64,000 nucleotides of DNA from Neodothiora populina. Taxonomy: Eukaryota. The DNA lies in assembly GCF_041146345.1 (NCBI RefSeq), contig NW_027191405.1, positions 1,488,001 through 1,552,000 of the forward strand. Direction: 5' to 3'. The position numbers and the translations under genes were made by a program. How positions within the stretch are numbered: position 1 is the first letter of the stretch; each line of letters begins with the position of its first letter. Below the pieces are notes generated by a model. It was not told where the DNA came from, searched no databases, and was given only the letters and a program-made list of their open reading frames with translations. Shown here in pieces: positions 34,187-47,449 of the stretch.

Positions 34187-36969
34187 ATGGAGGAAGAAGA
34201 GGCAAGAGCGACCGCGCAGGAACTGCCGTCGATGACCAACTCACTACACGAACGTCAGGAAGGCGCCGACGCGTCTTCTGCTGTAAAGCAGGCAAGTGCA
34301 GAAGCGGCACAGGACACGCCTCAGATCCAACAAGTTCAAGAACGCGATCCATCTCAACCAACTTCGCAACAGGCGCTGGCGACCGCGACAGCGTCCTTGT
34401 CCTCGCCATCGCAGCCCGCGACGCAAGTGCCTGTGCAAGCACAGCAGGGCTTCGCGTCTCCGGTTACCGCGTCCTTCCCTGGTCATGATCAGAGCCAGGG
34501 CACAATGCACGCTCCCTCCCCGCAGTACCAGCAGCAGCAGCACCAGCAGACGCAACAGGCGCAACAGAACCAGCAGACTCAGCCGAATCAGGAGGATCAG
34601 CAGAATCGGCAATACCAAGAAGGTTCGCCACAGCAACAGCATCGGCAACAGCATCAGTATCAGCAACCTCCCGCGATGCAACAGCAGCCGCAGCAGCAAC
34701 CCCAACAAGCACCGCCACCGCCAAATCCGCAACAAGCGCAGATTCCACCCGCTACTACTCCCTCGAGTCAGTCTGCTTCGATCACTTCATCAATACCTGC
34801 GGGTTCCGTCTCTTCACCGACCGCGCAATCGCACCTCGGACAACAATCCGCACAGCCGCCACAATATCAGCAGCAGCAACCACAAGCGCAACATCAACAT
34901 CAACATGCGCCGTCCCCGGTGAATCAACAGCACTATGATCCTCCACCGCAACAACAACAACAACAACAACAGCAGCAGCAGCAGCAGCAGCAGCAACCAC
35001 AACCCCAACCCCACTACGCGCCATCGATACCGCCGCAACACCACCAACAGCAGCAGCAGCAACCCCCTCCTCCGCCGCAACAGCAGTATCAACCTCAATC
35101 ACACCAACAGCAGCCTTCCCATCAATCACATCACCCTCCTCATCAGCCTCAGTACGACCTTCCACCTCCACAGGCGAATGGCGCACCCCCAGGCTATGCG
35201 CCCGCGCAGCAGATACCTCCGCCACACCACAACCAGTACCAGTATCAGCAACCGCCTCCGCAGCCACAATACTCTCAGCCTCCTGTGAGCGGTGATGTGA
35301 ACGGCTTCCAGGCTCAGATGCGATACAGCATGCCCTTACCGCCGAATCAGATGAATAATCAGCAATTGTCTGGCACCAGACACAAAAAGGAGATTAAGAG
35401 ACGGACAAAGACAGGGTGTTTGACTTGTCGGAAAAGAAGAATCAAGGTAAGAACAAAGCACTGATGAATGGCAGATAATGCGCAGCAAAACTGACACGCG
35501 AGCGCATACAGTGCGACGAAGGCCATCCGTCATGTAGAAACTGTCAAAAGAGCAAACGCGAATGCCTGGGTTATGACCCCATCTTTAAAGCGCAGACAGG
35601 ACAGCCTGCAAATATACAACCTCAGCCAGGCTCCGTGCCTCCTTCATCAGAAACACATTCACCACATATTCCTCCACCAATGGTGCAACCGCAATACTCC
35701 AATGTGCCGCAAGGCTACGTGCCCGCTTCCAGCGCTGGCTATGCACCAGCTCCCGCCATGCAGAACCAAATGGACCACTCGTACGATTACGGTAATTCAA
35801 TAGATCCTGCCTTAGCTGCTGCTCAGCCAGGAGCCCAACAGCCACCGCCGCCCATGCCTCCGCCACAAGAGGACTATACCACGACCCTGGTCCCTGAACG
35901 AAGGCCTCGTCTCATCACAATCGATGATGTATACCACCTTGATGGTATCCCACCAACATTCCCTAATCCCCGCGATCTCAATGTTCAGCCTCTGACGGTC
36001 CAAGACATGGATGGCATACGGGACCTCTACATCCGGGAATACGCGCCTGGCCTTGACCGCTTCTTCGAGACGGATTGGTACGGAACGATAGGCATGAATG
36101 TATTGCTGTCTACCCATGATGTGCTGCATTACTTCTCTCATTGTCTGGACCGCTTCCGTCGCCCCCCATCCGACACTAACAGCGGCTTGCCTTCAATTGA
36201 AGCTCGCTTGATCTGGCAACTGGCGAGCATGGCATTCTCACATCCCACCACGCCACAAGGGGCGCCCTTGAACTTCCTCCCTCGTATAGAAGCTGTCTCG
36301 CATATCATCCTAGGCACATTTATGTCTCCCGATCGCGTGCCACAAGCGCCTACGCTTATGCCCGACCCCAAGACGCAGCCGGACGCTTATGCATTTTACC
36401 TGCAGGACTTGTTCTGGCATCATCTAGCCTCTTTCACAACTGTTCACGATGATGCTGCTCGCACGCCCTCGAGCGGTCAGGACATCGCAAATCATCTTGC
36501 TGGTATGCGTAACATCCTGTCCATGCTCGAGAACCGAGATGTATTATATTCGATGGCAATAGCGCGCCATTTCGGCGGTCGCATGGAGCGTTACGAGCCC
36601 GACAAGGTGCTTGTAGGCAGAGGTACTGAAGCAGAAGATCCAATCAACAAGCTTGTCGTTGCCATGGGATTTTTGGGCAACGAAGAGGTACAGGGCACCA
36701 CACAGGTTGTGCAGAGACTTTGTGGTATGAGCAGACGTGGTTTCCAGCTTCAGAGAATGGATTGCCAGCAACCTGTGGGTATACAGCACCAGCAACCCCA
36801 GCCGACTCCGATCATGGACCATCAGATCAAACACGAAGAACAGGCAGTCGCGGGAGCTCAGGCGCCAATGCAGCACCAGCAGCAACCTCCGCCGTCAATG
36901 CCACCTCAAGAAGCACAGAACATGCATCCTCAGCAAAACTTCATGCACAACTCTGCGACAACGGTATGA
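34187..36969 (+). CDS. Zn(II)2Cys6 transcription factor (Moc3-like cluster) with ~400-aa Gln/Pro-rich N-terminus
   Basis: HKKEIKRRTKTGCLTCRKRRIK | intron 35447-35511 | CDEGHPSCRNCQKSKRECLGYDP. C-terminal domain with YAPGLDRFFET and ENRDVLYSMAIARH. Confidence 0.9.
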
Positions 36970-37906
36970 TGAAGATGGTTCACGAGTAATTTGTCCGATA
37001 TCGATCACCATCTTGTACTGAAGTACGCTTGGCGCAAGGTGTATGATCGGCTTTATGGCTCTACGATTAGAAGAATGCGTGCCACGAAGGCTGGATTTAG
37101 ACCTGCGTGTTACAATCCTGCTGGCCTTTGATTTCAAAAGAGTTTTTGCTACAGTGATACCATGAGCGCAATTTGTTACATGTATATATACACTTTTCCA
37201 TGTCGAGATACTTTCGTTTAATCCTGACGTCCATCACAAATATACATCATCGCTAAGCGAAGTGTATTTTGTCAAAGGCTTGAGTGAGTCCGCTAGGAGA
37301 AGTTTGGCATCAACTCGAAGGATTTCTTGCTGTTCTTGCCTTTCGTACTCAATCTTTCCGCATTCGATGCAAAATGTGTGCAGAATGGTATTTCAGTGGT
37401 GACTTATGATCCATCGTCCAGCCCTGGACGATCGCTAGGGACCAGGTTCAAGCCGAGTCATGGAAAATCCCCCACAACCCCGGCATGATGTCCGCATGAT
37501 GTGTGACAAGCCGCGATGTCGGTAGACGGATCTAGATAAGTTAAGGTATTATCATCATGCTCATGAGCACAATTCCTGCGCTCTTCACGACATGTTATCC
37601 AGCAAGTGACCCAACTTCGAGCTGCTTGCTTTTATACGACCCTCCTGTATATACCTTCCGTTCTTCCTGTAGAGAGAGGTAAAGAGAGGCAAGGTAAGCT
37701 TGAAAAAAGCATGTCTATACTTGTGTCAAGCCACTCCGCTGGTGACGTAGGGATTGCCAGGAACCACTCGCCTAAGCGCAGCATGACTGGTAGACTACCA
37801 TAGGTAGGTAAAGAGCTTATCTCTCTGCTCGCGTGCCATTAGCTTTTCTACTTGCTATTTCTCTATCCTCATCTTTATCTCATTTCTGTCCTGCTTGTCG
37901 AAGAAC

Positions 37907-39381
37907 ATGTCTGCTAAAGAGGAGATCTTCATTCCGCTGCTGGGGGCTGTTCAAGCGTCCATAGCTGTTCTCCTGACAATTTCGTATGGAGTCATTGCGG
38001 CACAATTCAATCTCTTATCTCAAGCGTCAGCAAAGGATATATCCAAAGTCTGCGTGAGGCTGTTCTTACCAGCTCTGCTCATCGTCAATGTTGGGTCACA
38101 GCTGAACCAGGACACGGTCAGTGAAAATGCAACAATGAGACGCCGTGAGGTTATGGCTGACTGGGAGTAGGGTATTCGCTATGTCCCCATTGTCATCTGG
38201 TCGATTCTGTACAACACACTCTCGATCTTCATCGGCTTGGGCCTGCAAAAGTTCATGAACCTTCCCCAGTGGATCGTTCCCGCTATCGCCTTTAACAATA
38301 CCACTTCACTTCCATTGCTCTTGGTCCAGTCTCTGCAGGCGACCGGTATTCTCGACTCTCTGGATACATCAAGTGATGTTGTGGACCGGGCCAAGTCATA
38401 CTTCCTTGTCAATGCCATGATCAGCAATTCTTTGACTTTTGCTCTGGGTCCGAGACTGCTTAATGGAAATGAAGAGGACGCACCGGATGAGCCAGAGGAA
38501 AAGGAACAAGACGATCAGCAAGAAGACAACGACAACGCGGAAGACAGTGCTGAACGGGGCGAAGCCAATGGTGATTCAATTGACCGCGCCTCTCTTGCCT
38601 CTGATAACTCATCGGTCCGTGACGACATCGAAGCGCACGAGGAGACATCCCTGCTTCCTGATCGCGCCATAAAGAGCCAAGTTCGAGCAGACCACAAATT
38701 CTGGAAAAAGTTCAATTACCGCTGGGATCAGCTCCCTACTTGGGCTCAGGCATCACTATCCTTCCTGTACCAGTTCTGGAATGCTCCTCTCATTGGCGCA
38801 GTCATTGGCGTGATTGTGGGTCTGATCCCACCGGTTCACACTCTCTTATTCAGCGAGCAGGAAGAGGGTGGCTACTTGAATGCTTGGCTCACCAAGTCCG
38901 TCAAGAACGTCGGCGACCTCTTTGCATCCCTACAGGTCGTCGTGGTCGGCGTCAAGCTGTCAAAAGCCATCAGATTCATGAAGAAAGGTGAGGACAGTGG
39001 AACCGTGCCATGGGGACCTTTTGTCATTGTGACCATCGTCCGTCTCATCATCTGGCCACTGATCAGCGTGCCTTTGTTCTACGGACTGGCCACCAAGACG
39101 AATTGGCTCAGCGATGATCCCATCCTTTGGTTCTGCTTGATGATCATGGCTGCTGGTCCTCCTGCCATGAAGCTCACTGCTTTGGCTGATGTCAGTGGGG
39201 CTGGTGAAGACGAAAAGATGAGCATCGCCAAATTCCTCACTGTGAGTTGTGGATTGTCTAGCCTCAATTGTGTTGTGACAGCGCTGACATGTAACAGGTC
39301 TCTTACTGCGTCTCTCCTTTTATCTCCTTTGCTGTTGTGGGCGCTCTGAAAGCTTCACAAGCCGCTGTCAATAACAAGTAG
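37907..39381 (+). CDS. Auxin-efflux-carrier (Mem_trans/PILS-like) transporter
   Basis: Introns 38117-38170 and 39242-39297. Motifs LFLPALL, FNNTTSLPLLLVQSL, acidic central loop, AGPPAM; about ten TM helices. Confidence 0.87.
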
Positions 39382-39397
39382 ATGGCCTTCTCTCTGC

Positions 39398-39404
<7 letters not shown>

Positions 39405-39432
<28 letters not shown>
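39405..39432. repeat. (AT)n dinucleotide microsatellite in a 3' UTR
   Basis: Tandem AT units read directly. Confidence 0.92.
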
Positions 39433-39436
<4 letters not shown>

Positions 39437-39623
39437 CAGCTGCCGCGGATGTACATATATAGGGGGTTGTGTAAGAGTCAGAATAGATCTCGAACGACTC
39501 AGTGTAATCTAGAAGTCAACCATTCGTTCTCTTGATATGCGTTATTTCCTATCAATATATCATAAACTATCCCAAACATAATGACCAAATCAATGCACAA
39601 TCTCTCAAGGCTCACGCACACCC

Positions 39624-41051
39624 CTAGTGCTGTCCCTTCTCGATCATCTCGAGTCTAGCATTCATGCCCACAATACACCTCACTAGGTCCCAATCCCCCT
39701 GGTTACCAACCCAATCACAAATTACAATCCCCACGCCTCCGTCTCCCTTTTCGCCTTGTCCAGCCTTGTGCTTCGTACACAAGAAATCCACAACATGAGG
39801 ATTGATCTTAGCAGCAATTTTATCCGGCCAACAGCCCACCTTCCAGAAATTGCTCGCGGAGAGAAAATTCAGATATAGCGGGCCAGCAGGAACAGGATTG
39901 ACAGCGTCGCACGTGACGCCAGGGACGGGACAGACCTGGTCGCCGGCGCGCTCCAAGTGGTCACAGCAGAGCGTGATCTTCTTATCGATGTTTTCCGTCT
40001 CGAGGACCTCGTAGAAGTCCTGCACGCACACGCTGCCGTGCGTGTCGCAGGCGGTGTTGTCGGCCCAGTTCTGCGCGTCTAGGCACCAGCCCCGTCCGTC
40101 CCATTCGCGCTTCTGGTCTTCGGCGAGGGCGAAGCGTCGCATCAGTACGATTTTGCCCCTTGCTTCGCCCAAGGAGGGCACGCGCGGCTCCGTGTACCAG
40201 TGGGCTTTGTCGTCGCCTGTGTAGTGAGTGCGTAGGATCTGGGAGAGCTGCTCGTCGGTTGCGGAGCCTGTGCCTTCACGTTTGAGACTCATGATGAGGG
40301 TTTCCGAGGGGTTTTCGCTGAGGAAGTGCAGGATGTCGTCGACGAGCTTGCGGAGGTATTTGGGCCCTGTTAGGGAGATAGGGAAGACGCCGTGGACTAG
40401 GATCAGAGATGCATTGGTCGGGTCTTCTGGCTTTTCGGGTTGCACGCGGATGTCGAAGAAGCGGACGCCATTCGCTAGTTGTTCCTTTGGAGATACTGCT
40501 TGGCAGCGCACCGAAGGGAGGGCCTTGTGGTGGGTCGGGCTGTTGTGAGTTCCAGGAATGGAAAGACCGGATAACGGGGTGGCATCTGACATTTCCTTCA
40601 TCCAGCAGTTCAGATTGGAAGAGGAGTAGATTGCCAGAAAGGACTCTGAGTCTATCCAAACACCTGTGTAGCGGGCCTTTGGGTCTGGAGTCATCGGGGT
40701 GAACTCCACCGATTCCTTGGACGAGCGCGCATCGATTCGGTAGCGTTGACCGTCATGCTCGAATGTCAATCGTAAGATGTCCTTGGGCGATCTTTCCACC
40801 GTGTTGACATCAGTCTGCGCCACAGTGAATGGCTCAATCCTCACGGAAACATCTTCCTGAGTAAAACTCTTAGAGTGCTCTGCTAACTGAACTGGTGAGG
40901 GTGCAGTTGAATTGCCTATCAGAGCTGTGAGGTTTTGTGTGACATTGAAGAAACCCCTGGACTCGATTTTTGGCACTCCATAGCGTTCGACAGTCTTCAG
41001 CTCAAGAGGTGTCGAGGTCAGATTACGAATTGTCAACGTAGATGGAGGCAT
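39624..41051 (-). CDS. Bacterial-type phosphatidylinositol-specific phospholipase C (PI-PLC X domain)
   Basis: LSIPGTHNS (catalytic His), QLANGVRFFDIR, LVHG, SETLIMSLKREG, ARGKIVLMRRF, VQDFYEV. Probable ATG at 41051 (MPPSTLTIRNLT). Confidence 0.9.
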   Translation of the reverse strand: MPPSTLTIRNLTSTPLELKTVERYGVPKIESRGFFNVTQNLTALIGNSTAPSPVQLAEHSKSFTQEDVSVRIEPFTVAQTDVNTVERSPKDILRLTFEHDGQRYRIDARSSKESVEFTPMTPDPKARYTGVWIDSESFLAIYSSSNLNCWMKEMSDATPLSGLSIPGTHNSPTHHKALPSVRCQAVSPKEQLANGVRFFDIRVQPEKPEDPTNASLILVHGVFPISLTGPKYLRKLVDDILHFLSENPSETLIMSLKREGTGSATDEQLSQILRTHYTGDDKAHWYTEPRVPSLGEARGKIVLMRRFALAEDQKREWDGRGWCLDAQNWADNTACDTHGSVCVQDFYEVLETENIDKKITLCCDHLERAGDQVCPVPGVTCDAVNPVPAGPLYLNFLSASNFWKVGCWPDKIAAKINPHVVDFLCTKHKAGQGEKGDGGVGIVICDWVGNQGDWDLVRCIVGMNARLEMIEKGQH

Positions 41052-41353
41052 GGTGGATACTGAGCCTAGTGAGTCACGAAAACAGGAAAGCTGGCATCTA
41101 CAGTCAAGAAGAGAAAATGGCAACGAGAGACTACGAAGAGAAGATAATAAAAGGGAACAAGTTGTTCAAGGTATCTTACTGTACCAGGGTTGGCTACGCG
41201 CTGTATGATGTCGAATTCAAGGGAGGTGACGGTTGTGACTAGCCAGCCGCCTTGGCTGCATGCGGGGGGAAAGGCTAAGCGACTCAATGGTCAACTGCAA
41301 AAAACAATACGGGCAATGGTAGTGATCTATGACTATGATCAATAACTTGACCA

Positions 41354-43255
41354 TCACTTGACTGAAGGCGCTTGTGTGATTTCGGTTCTGATCACGGCCT
41401 CATTTCCTTCAATCACTGTCCCCAAGGGTCGCGTTCCAGCAACCAATTGCACCTCTCTCTCTTGCAAGTCACTTCCTTTATCGTCGGATTCCTCATCACT
41501 GGAATCCCAGTCCTCGATACCCGTCCAAGTGGTTGTCGAGGACGCCACTCTTTGCTTCTCCCCGGTCTCCCAGACAAGTCTCAATCGCATGGGAAGCAAT
41601 CCGAAGTGCTTACCAGCAATTCCCATCACCGCATATATGTTCAGAGACTTTGGCAACTCCACAGTGAGCGGCCCAGCCTCAGACAATAGTCCGGCTTTTT
41701 CGGGTCCTTCACGGCAGTAGAAGCTACACCGTATCAACCTAGCAGCCAAGGAGTTCGGATCGATAGCGCCGCTAATCGTCCGCTCGATATTCGGTGAGCC
41801 ATACTCCTCGCATAGGGCATGATAGCGAGGATGAATTCCGATGATCTCACTTTCCCTATCGATTGGTGAGAGCGAGAGCTCCATGGCTATTTGGGACAAG
41901 TAGTATGTCTCTGCATTCAACCTTTCTTTTTGTGTGATGGTCGAGTAGTTCAAGGTCTTCAATCCTGGGACGCGGGCAATGGTCAACATGTACCCGTCCG
42001 CTGAGGTCAGTGGCTTCCCATCCGCTGTCTTAAGACTTTCAAAGAGGGGGTTATGTGCGACGCGAAGATGCTCCAGATTGGGACAGAGTTCAGGAAGTCT
42101 GTCGATTAGATTCCATGTACTGATTTCGTTGTAGGACAAGTCCAGGTCTTTCAGCGAGGGTGGCAGAATTGGCGCGAGCTTGCCAGTGTCATTCCGGATA
42201 GTGCGTATGCGATTGTTCTTCAGAATTAGCGTCCGGAGTTGCATACACGATTCGCTTAGCGACGACACCTGGTCCAGAAAGGTAAAGTCGTTGTTTTCGA
42301 GAGAGATAGAGTCAAGGGATGCGGGCAGTCTACATTGATGCAATGTACTCAATTGGTTGGCCGAAGCAGACAACGACTTGATATTAGGAAAATGGCGAAG
42401 CAGGGGATCGAGCTAAGGTCTTTAGTGATGATAGTACGGATGAAGATTGAAGATGAACATACTTCTGCAGTACTTAGCATCATGTCACTCAAGTCCAATG
42501 CGGCAACCTTGCGTAGAGCATTGGGACTTTGAGCAGAATCTTCGCCTATAGCAAAAAACTCGCGCAAGCGATTTCCACTTGATTGTTGTTAGCCTCGGGA
42601 ATAGTGGTCCTAACGACATACATACTCGAGTTTTAAGGATCGCAGTCTGTCTAGTTGGGCGCAGATATGTTCTATCTCTGCAAGCGTCTCGAACAGATTC
42701 CTCCCAAGATCTAGGTCAGTTATGCTAGGACATGTTTGTGAAATGTCTTCACCAGCTCCTCTGGCATATTCGTGTTTGATCAGCTCCCCGTCAAGCACAA
42801 CGATGCGAAGATTCTCCAGCTGGGATTGCTGGCGAGCGATTTTGTCGAAACCAACTTCCTCGGCTGTTTTGCCACTGATCCTGACTACCTGAACCTCAGG
42901 ATCGTTAGGCACATCGGAATTCCCCACTGTAGCAGCATATTTTGATCTCAGTGCTTCGATAAAAGCCCTTGGCTGGTCCCACTTCGTGGTAGGAGGCAGA
43001 AAAGACCCGGCAGTAGGCCAGTTGCTCCTACCTAATACACAGACTCAATACTCGCATACCTGATTTTCCAGACTGTAATAACATACACTTAAAATATTGT
43101 CTGTCTCCATGAGTACCGGAATGCTTTCCTCTCCTCGGATCGTCCCATTCCACACCTAACCACTGGCCCCTTTTGCCCTGCACCTCTCCCACATATCGGA
43201 CCGTACAACGTTGGCTCTTGGTAGACAGCCTTTGACCCGGGTAGTAATGTGGCAT
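41354..43255 (-). CDS. PAC2: Tubulin-folding cofactor E (CAP-Gly + LRR + ubiquitin-like)
   Basis: CAP-Gly TVRYVG..WLGVEWDDPRRGKHSG, KTAEEVGFDKI, LRRs (LDLGRN, LDLSYN), ERLNAETYYL; three short introns. Confidence 0.92.
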
Positions 43256-43561
43256 GAGATCGATCTACTTCGAGTATGTGATAATAGAGTGGCACTATTG
43301 ACTTACCTCAGGTTGATGCAGCATCCATATAATGTGGTCCGTGCGTCATTCCCGCCAAGCTCTCTGCATCAGATGGTGAACTCCAGCGACAACAGTTGAT
43401 GAACTTGCGCACTCACTCTCACTCTCACATTTACATTCAGCCCAGCCACTATCGCACCAGCATAGACAGAGAATCATACAACATAGCGGCTGCTGCGTAT
43501 CCTGCAGAAACAATCATTTATCCTACTGCGTTGCACTGCATCTAGTGCTGGACAAAACAGC

Positions 43562-44327
43562 ATGGATTACCAGGTACGTTTTGCGCCTTTGCCATCGCCT
43601 GATTCGCAGACCACTGACTGTTTCTCAGAACCGAGCCGGGTCGAAATTTGGAGGAGGAGGTGTCGCATCACAGTCGGCGAGTAATGCGGACCGCCGCGAA
43701 CGTCTGCGCAAACTCGCCTTGGAGACCATCGATCTTGACAAGGACCCCTACATCTTCAAGAACCACGTGGGAAGCTTCGAGTGCCGTCTTTGTTTGACAG
43801 TCCACCAAAACGACGGTTCATACCTGGCGCATACACAAGGCCGCAAACATCAGACCAATCTCGCCCGTCGTGCAGCCAGAGAGGCGCAGTCAGGAAAGGA
43901 TAAGGATGGCGCATTGACTGGACTGAACACTGTTCAAATAAAGAAGAACCTGGTCAAAATTGGACGTCCTGGTTATAACATCGTAAAGAACAGAGATCCC
44001 TTGACCCGACAGCACGGCTTGCTATTCCAGCTACAATATCCCGAGATTACTGCTGGTGTCGTGCCGAGAGTCCGGTTCATGAGTGCATACGAGCAAAGGA
44101 AGGAGGATCCAGACAAAAACTTTCAATATCTGCTGGTTGCAGCAGAGCCATATGAAACCGTGGCCTTCAAGCTCCAACAGAGAGAAATCGACAAGTCAGA
44201 TGGAAAATACTGGACATGGTTCGATGAGGATCAAAAGGAGTTCTGGTGTCAGGTCACCTTCAAGACTGAAAGAGAAGAACGTTACAGTGGTGTCCCCGGA
44301 CTGGCGCCCAACGGACCAAGACGCTGA
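43562..44327 (+). CDS. PRP11: U2 snRNP splicing factor SF3a subunit 2 (Prp11/SAP62)
   Basis: MDYQ | intron 43574-43628 | NRAGSKFGGGG..RRERLRKLALETIDLDKDPY..CRLC..HTQGRKH (U1-type zinc finger), KIGRPGY, AAEPYETVAFK. Confidence 0.96.
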
Positions 44328-45168
44328 GATATTGCGAGATTCGGAATTCAGGAAGACGCTATGAACGTTGGGCACGCAGAGTCGCAACGCCAGAGCACAA
44401 GTTGCGAGATTAGCTACAGCTACTACACTACTTGAAGAAACTCACACCCCGAGGGAGACCGCCTCGATGATTATGGCCCAAGAGCCAAGGGCGATTAGAT
44501 GCCAGAGACCACTTGGCATTTCAGAAAGGGCACGCCGACATCTCACATTTTCAGCACGACTACTGCTGATCGTCAAGTCCTCACAATTCTGTAAGCGAGC
44601 AAGACATCTGTGCGATTGCGATATCAAAGTAGAAACAAGCTTGCATCAGCAGAGTTGAGGAGACGAATTATACCAATCAAGCTTTACTAGAGCATAATGA
44701 TAATGAAATGAACAAACTTTCAATCAAGTAATGAGAGAGAGACAAAAAGAACATTTTCATAATCCACTGTCATAATATGCCATGTTAACTCATGGTGAAT
44801 ATTGCTTCAATTGTATTGTGAAATCCGGGTTGAAGCAATTAGCTCCGTTATAGGCATTGCGCGCGCCGCGACGCGTGTTCGAGGAACTTTGCTCGCGTCC
44901 CTCCAAAAGGTGAACACCCGAACCCGCGCCTCCACCTCCGAAAGCCCCAGCACCAACAACGCTCTACTGCATCTACATTTTCTCCACGAGCATCTTATCT
45001 CCCCTCGCCACACACCCAACCTCACTGCGCTTTCATTAGATTTCCGAAACATTTCGACATTGACATATCGTGGACCATACTAATCTAACAGAATCTTTCG
45101 AAGCACTCTTGGGAGCGTTCATTGCTCGTACACACCAAGGATATTATCTATCAGTTCACTCTGCAATC

Positions 45169-46864
45169 ATGCCAAGCCGAAAATCAAATGTCTCGATCGT
45201 GTCGAATAATGGAGCCACGGGCGACGAGGGCTCGCCCACCACAACTACTCGCGCCCCTAGGGAGTCGACAGGAATGAGTGTCGAGGTATGGATCTATCTT
45301 TTCTTCATACTCTTGCGCCCGTTTCATGGGCGAATTGTCACCCGCCTCGGGGACAAGTACCTCGCTACCATGACCAATTCTACGTCGAGCCTGAGCATGC
45401 AGTCATGCAAGAAGACGTGAAGCATGTGGTATGTATGCTGACCTCTAACTGGGATGCAGGATCTCAGTCTACCCAGGACCATGATCTCGCGATTAGCAAA
45501 AGGCGTCTTGCCTCCCAACACGCAGATCCAGAAAGATGCCTTGAGCGCGCTGAGCAAGAGCGCTACTGTCTTTGTGAACTATCTGGCTAGCAAGTATGTC
45601 CATCGCCTTTTCTTTCTCTCCCCTGTACCTACACGAGCGGCCGAGAATATGAAACTTGCTTTTTGGTCGGCAGTGTGCTGCCTACCAGCAGATCATGCAG
45701 TGAAAGTGAAATATCATACTGACGAGAGTCTCTACTAGCGCAATGGAGAATGCTACGGGGGCAGGCAAGAAGACGATACAGCCGCCAGATGTGATAGTCG
45801 CCCTTCGAGACACGGAGTTCGAGTTTATGATTCCAAGAATCGAGGCAGAGCTCAAGAGTAAGTCGAATTCCCTCTTTTTATTCTCTCTGATGTATGTTCT
45901 TCTTCAGTAAGAATATACTGCCGTTCTGCTCATCTCCTGCACAATTCTTCTTCTGCCCCTGTTCATGACAAGAAGATCCTTACAAATATCGCTCGCGCAC
46001 GACTTTTTTCATTTTCATGAGCTACATCGCTTCAGAGGCTCAACCCTCTGTGAAAATCTCTGTCTTCTACTTTCCTTGTGACTTTTCACGCGATGGGCCT
46101 TATTCATGTCAGAGAACCACCTTCCCTTGTCATTCGCGATCATTTTCGAGAAGAAGAGGACGACGATAGACACTCCACTGCTCATTATTTCCCCCCACAC
46201 TGCATTCCCCTCACAAAGCTCAATTTCCAATCCGCGCACTCTCACTAATGAAAATCCAAAATCAGAATACAACACAGTACAGTGCGACAAACGCAACTCG
46301 TACCGCCGGAAGGTGAAAGCAGACAAACTAGCAGCAGCGGGCACCGGTCCTGACTCTTCCGCCGAGGACCCGACATCGGCAGCAACAGCGTCAGCGAACG
46401 CGGGCGACGGCGCGGCGACTACATCCACAGCTACAGCTACAGCAGAGGCAACAACAACGACTTCGTCGTCATCAGCCTCAAAACCTAAGACGTCATCAGC
46501 GACCGCGAAAGCGAATATTACCAATATTGTTAACGGGTCCTCTGATGCCGAAGGCGATGACTCTCGTCCGGCGAAGAAGGTACGTCGGTCTTCGGCGGAT
46601 GGAGGAGAGGGTGTCGATGGCGAAGACGACGAAGGCGATGTCGATGAGGATGAGGAGATGGAGGACGATGATGTCGAGGAAGACGAAGAAGAGGAAGAGG
46701 ACGATGTGGAAGATGAGGAGGGCGAGAACGAAGAAGGAGGAGAGGATGAAGACCCGATTGAAGATGAGGACGAGAGGATCCAGAGGCAAATCGAGCGTGA
46801 TGAAGCACTGGATGAAGCGGACGGTGATGATGATGACGATGACGCGGGTAATCGGAGCGATTAG
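45169..46864 (+). CDS. DPB4: Histone-fold protein Dpb4 (DNA polymerase epsilon subunit D / CHRAC) with acidic tail
   Basis: Introns 45286-45459, 45594-45738, 45858-46265. Spliced EDLSLPRTMISRLAKGVLPPNTQIQKDA..KSATVFVNYLA..KKTIQPPDV..YNTVQCDKRNSYR. Confidence 0.9.
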
Positions 46865-47449
46865 ACAGTCAGTACACGAGCGAAAGGAACTACGTGAAGA
46901 GGATTGGACATTTCGAATACGGGGGACACTTGACGGAGTCTTGGGAGAGAGGGTATCATTTGGTGTCAAATCAAGTCTCTAAAGACGTCCGCCAACATTC
47001 TGTATTTGCAATTTGACGTCTTGATCGTGTCTGAGTCTATGTTCATACTGCAAACTTAACCAACTTCAAGTGGGTACTGCCTCCTTAGTGCATGGATCAA
47101 AGCGCTCTCAAGCTCCGTAATTTTCGAGTGGTTGAAGAGCATGGTCCAAGACTGGTACACTTTTCCTGTTGGACATCGAGATACCCACCACGCTGACTGG
47201 CAATGGTATGACCTCAGCTCATAAGAGTGACAGCAGCGCATCAAATGCTGCCATTCTTTTTGGCGCGGTGGAATATGCATGGGACCGGGTGACATACGGG
47301 GGCGTTGGCTTTCGTGGCATCATTATTGTATTGCTGTCGACAGCAGAGTTGCGCCATGAAGCATGGCTATTGACATGCAGGTGTGACCAGCGAGAAGCAT
47401 GCTTTACGTGGGGCTGGAAGGGTAAGTCAATGCTGCGCATCCATGGCGG

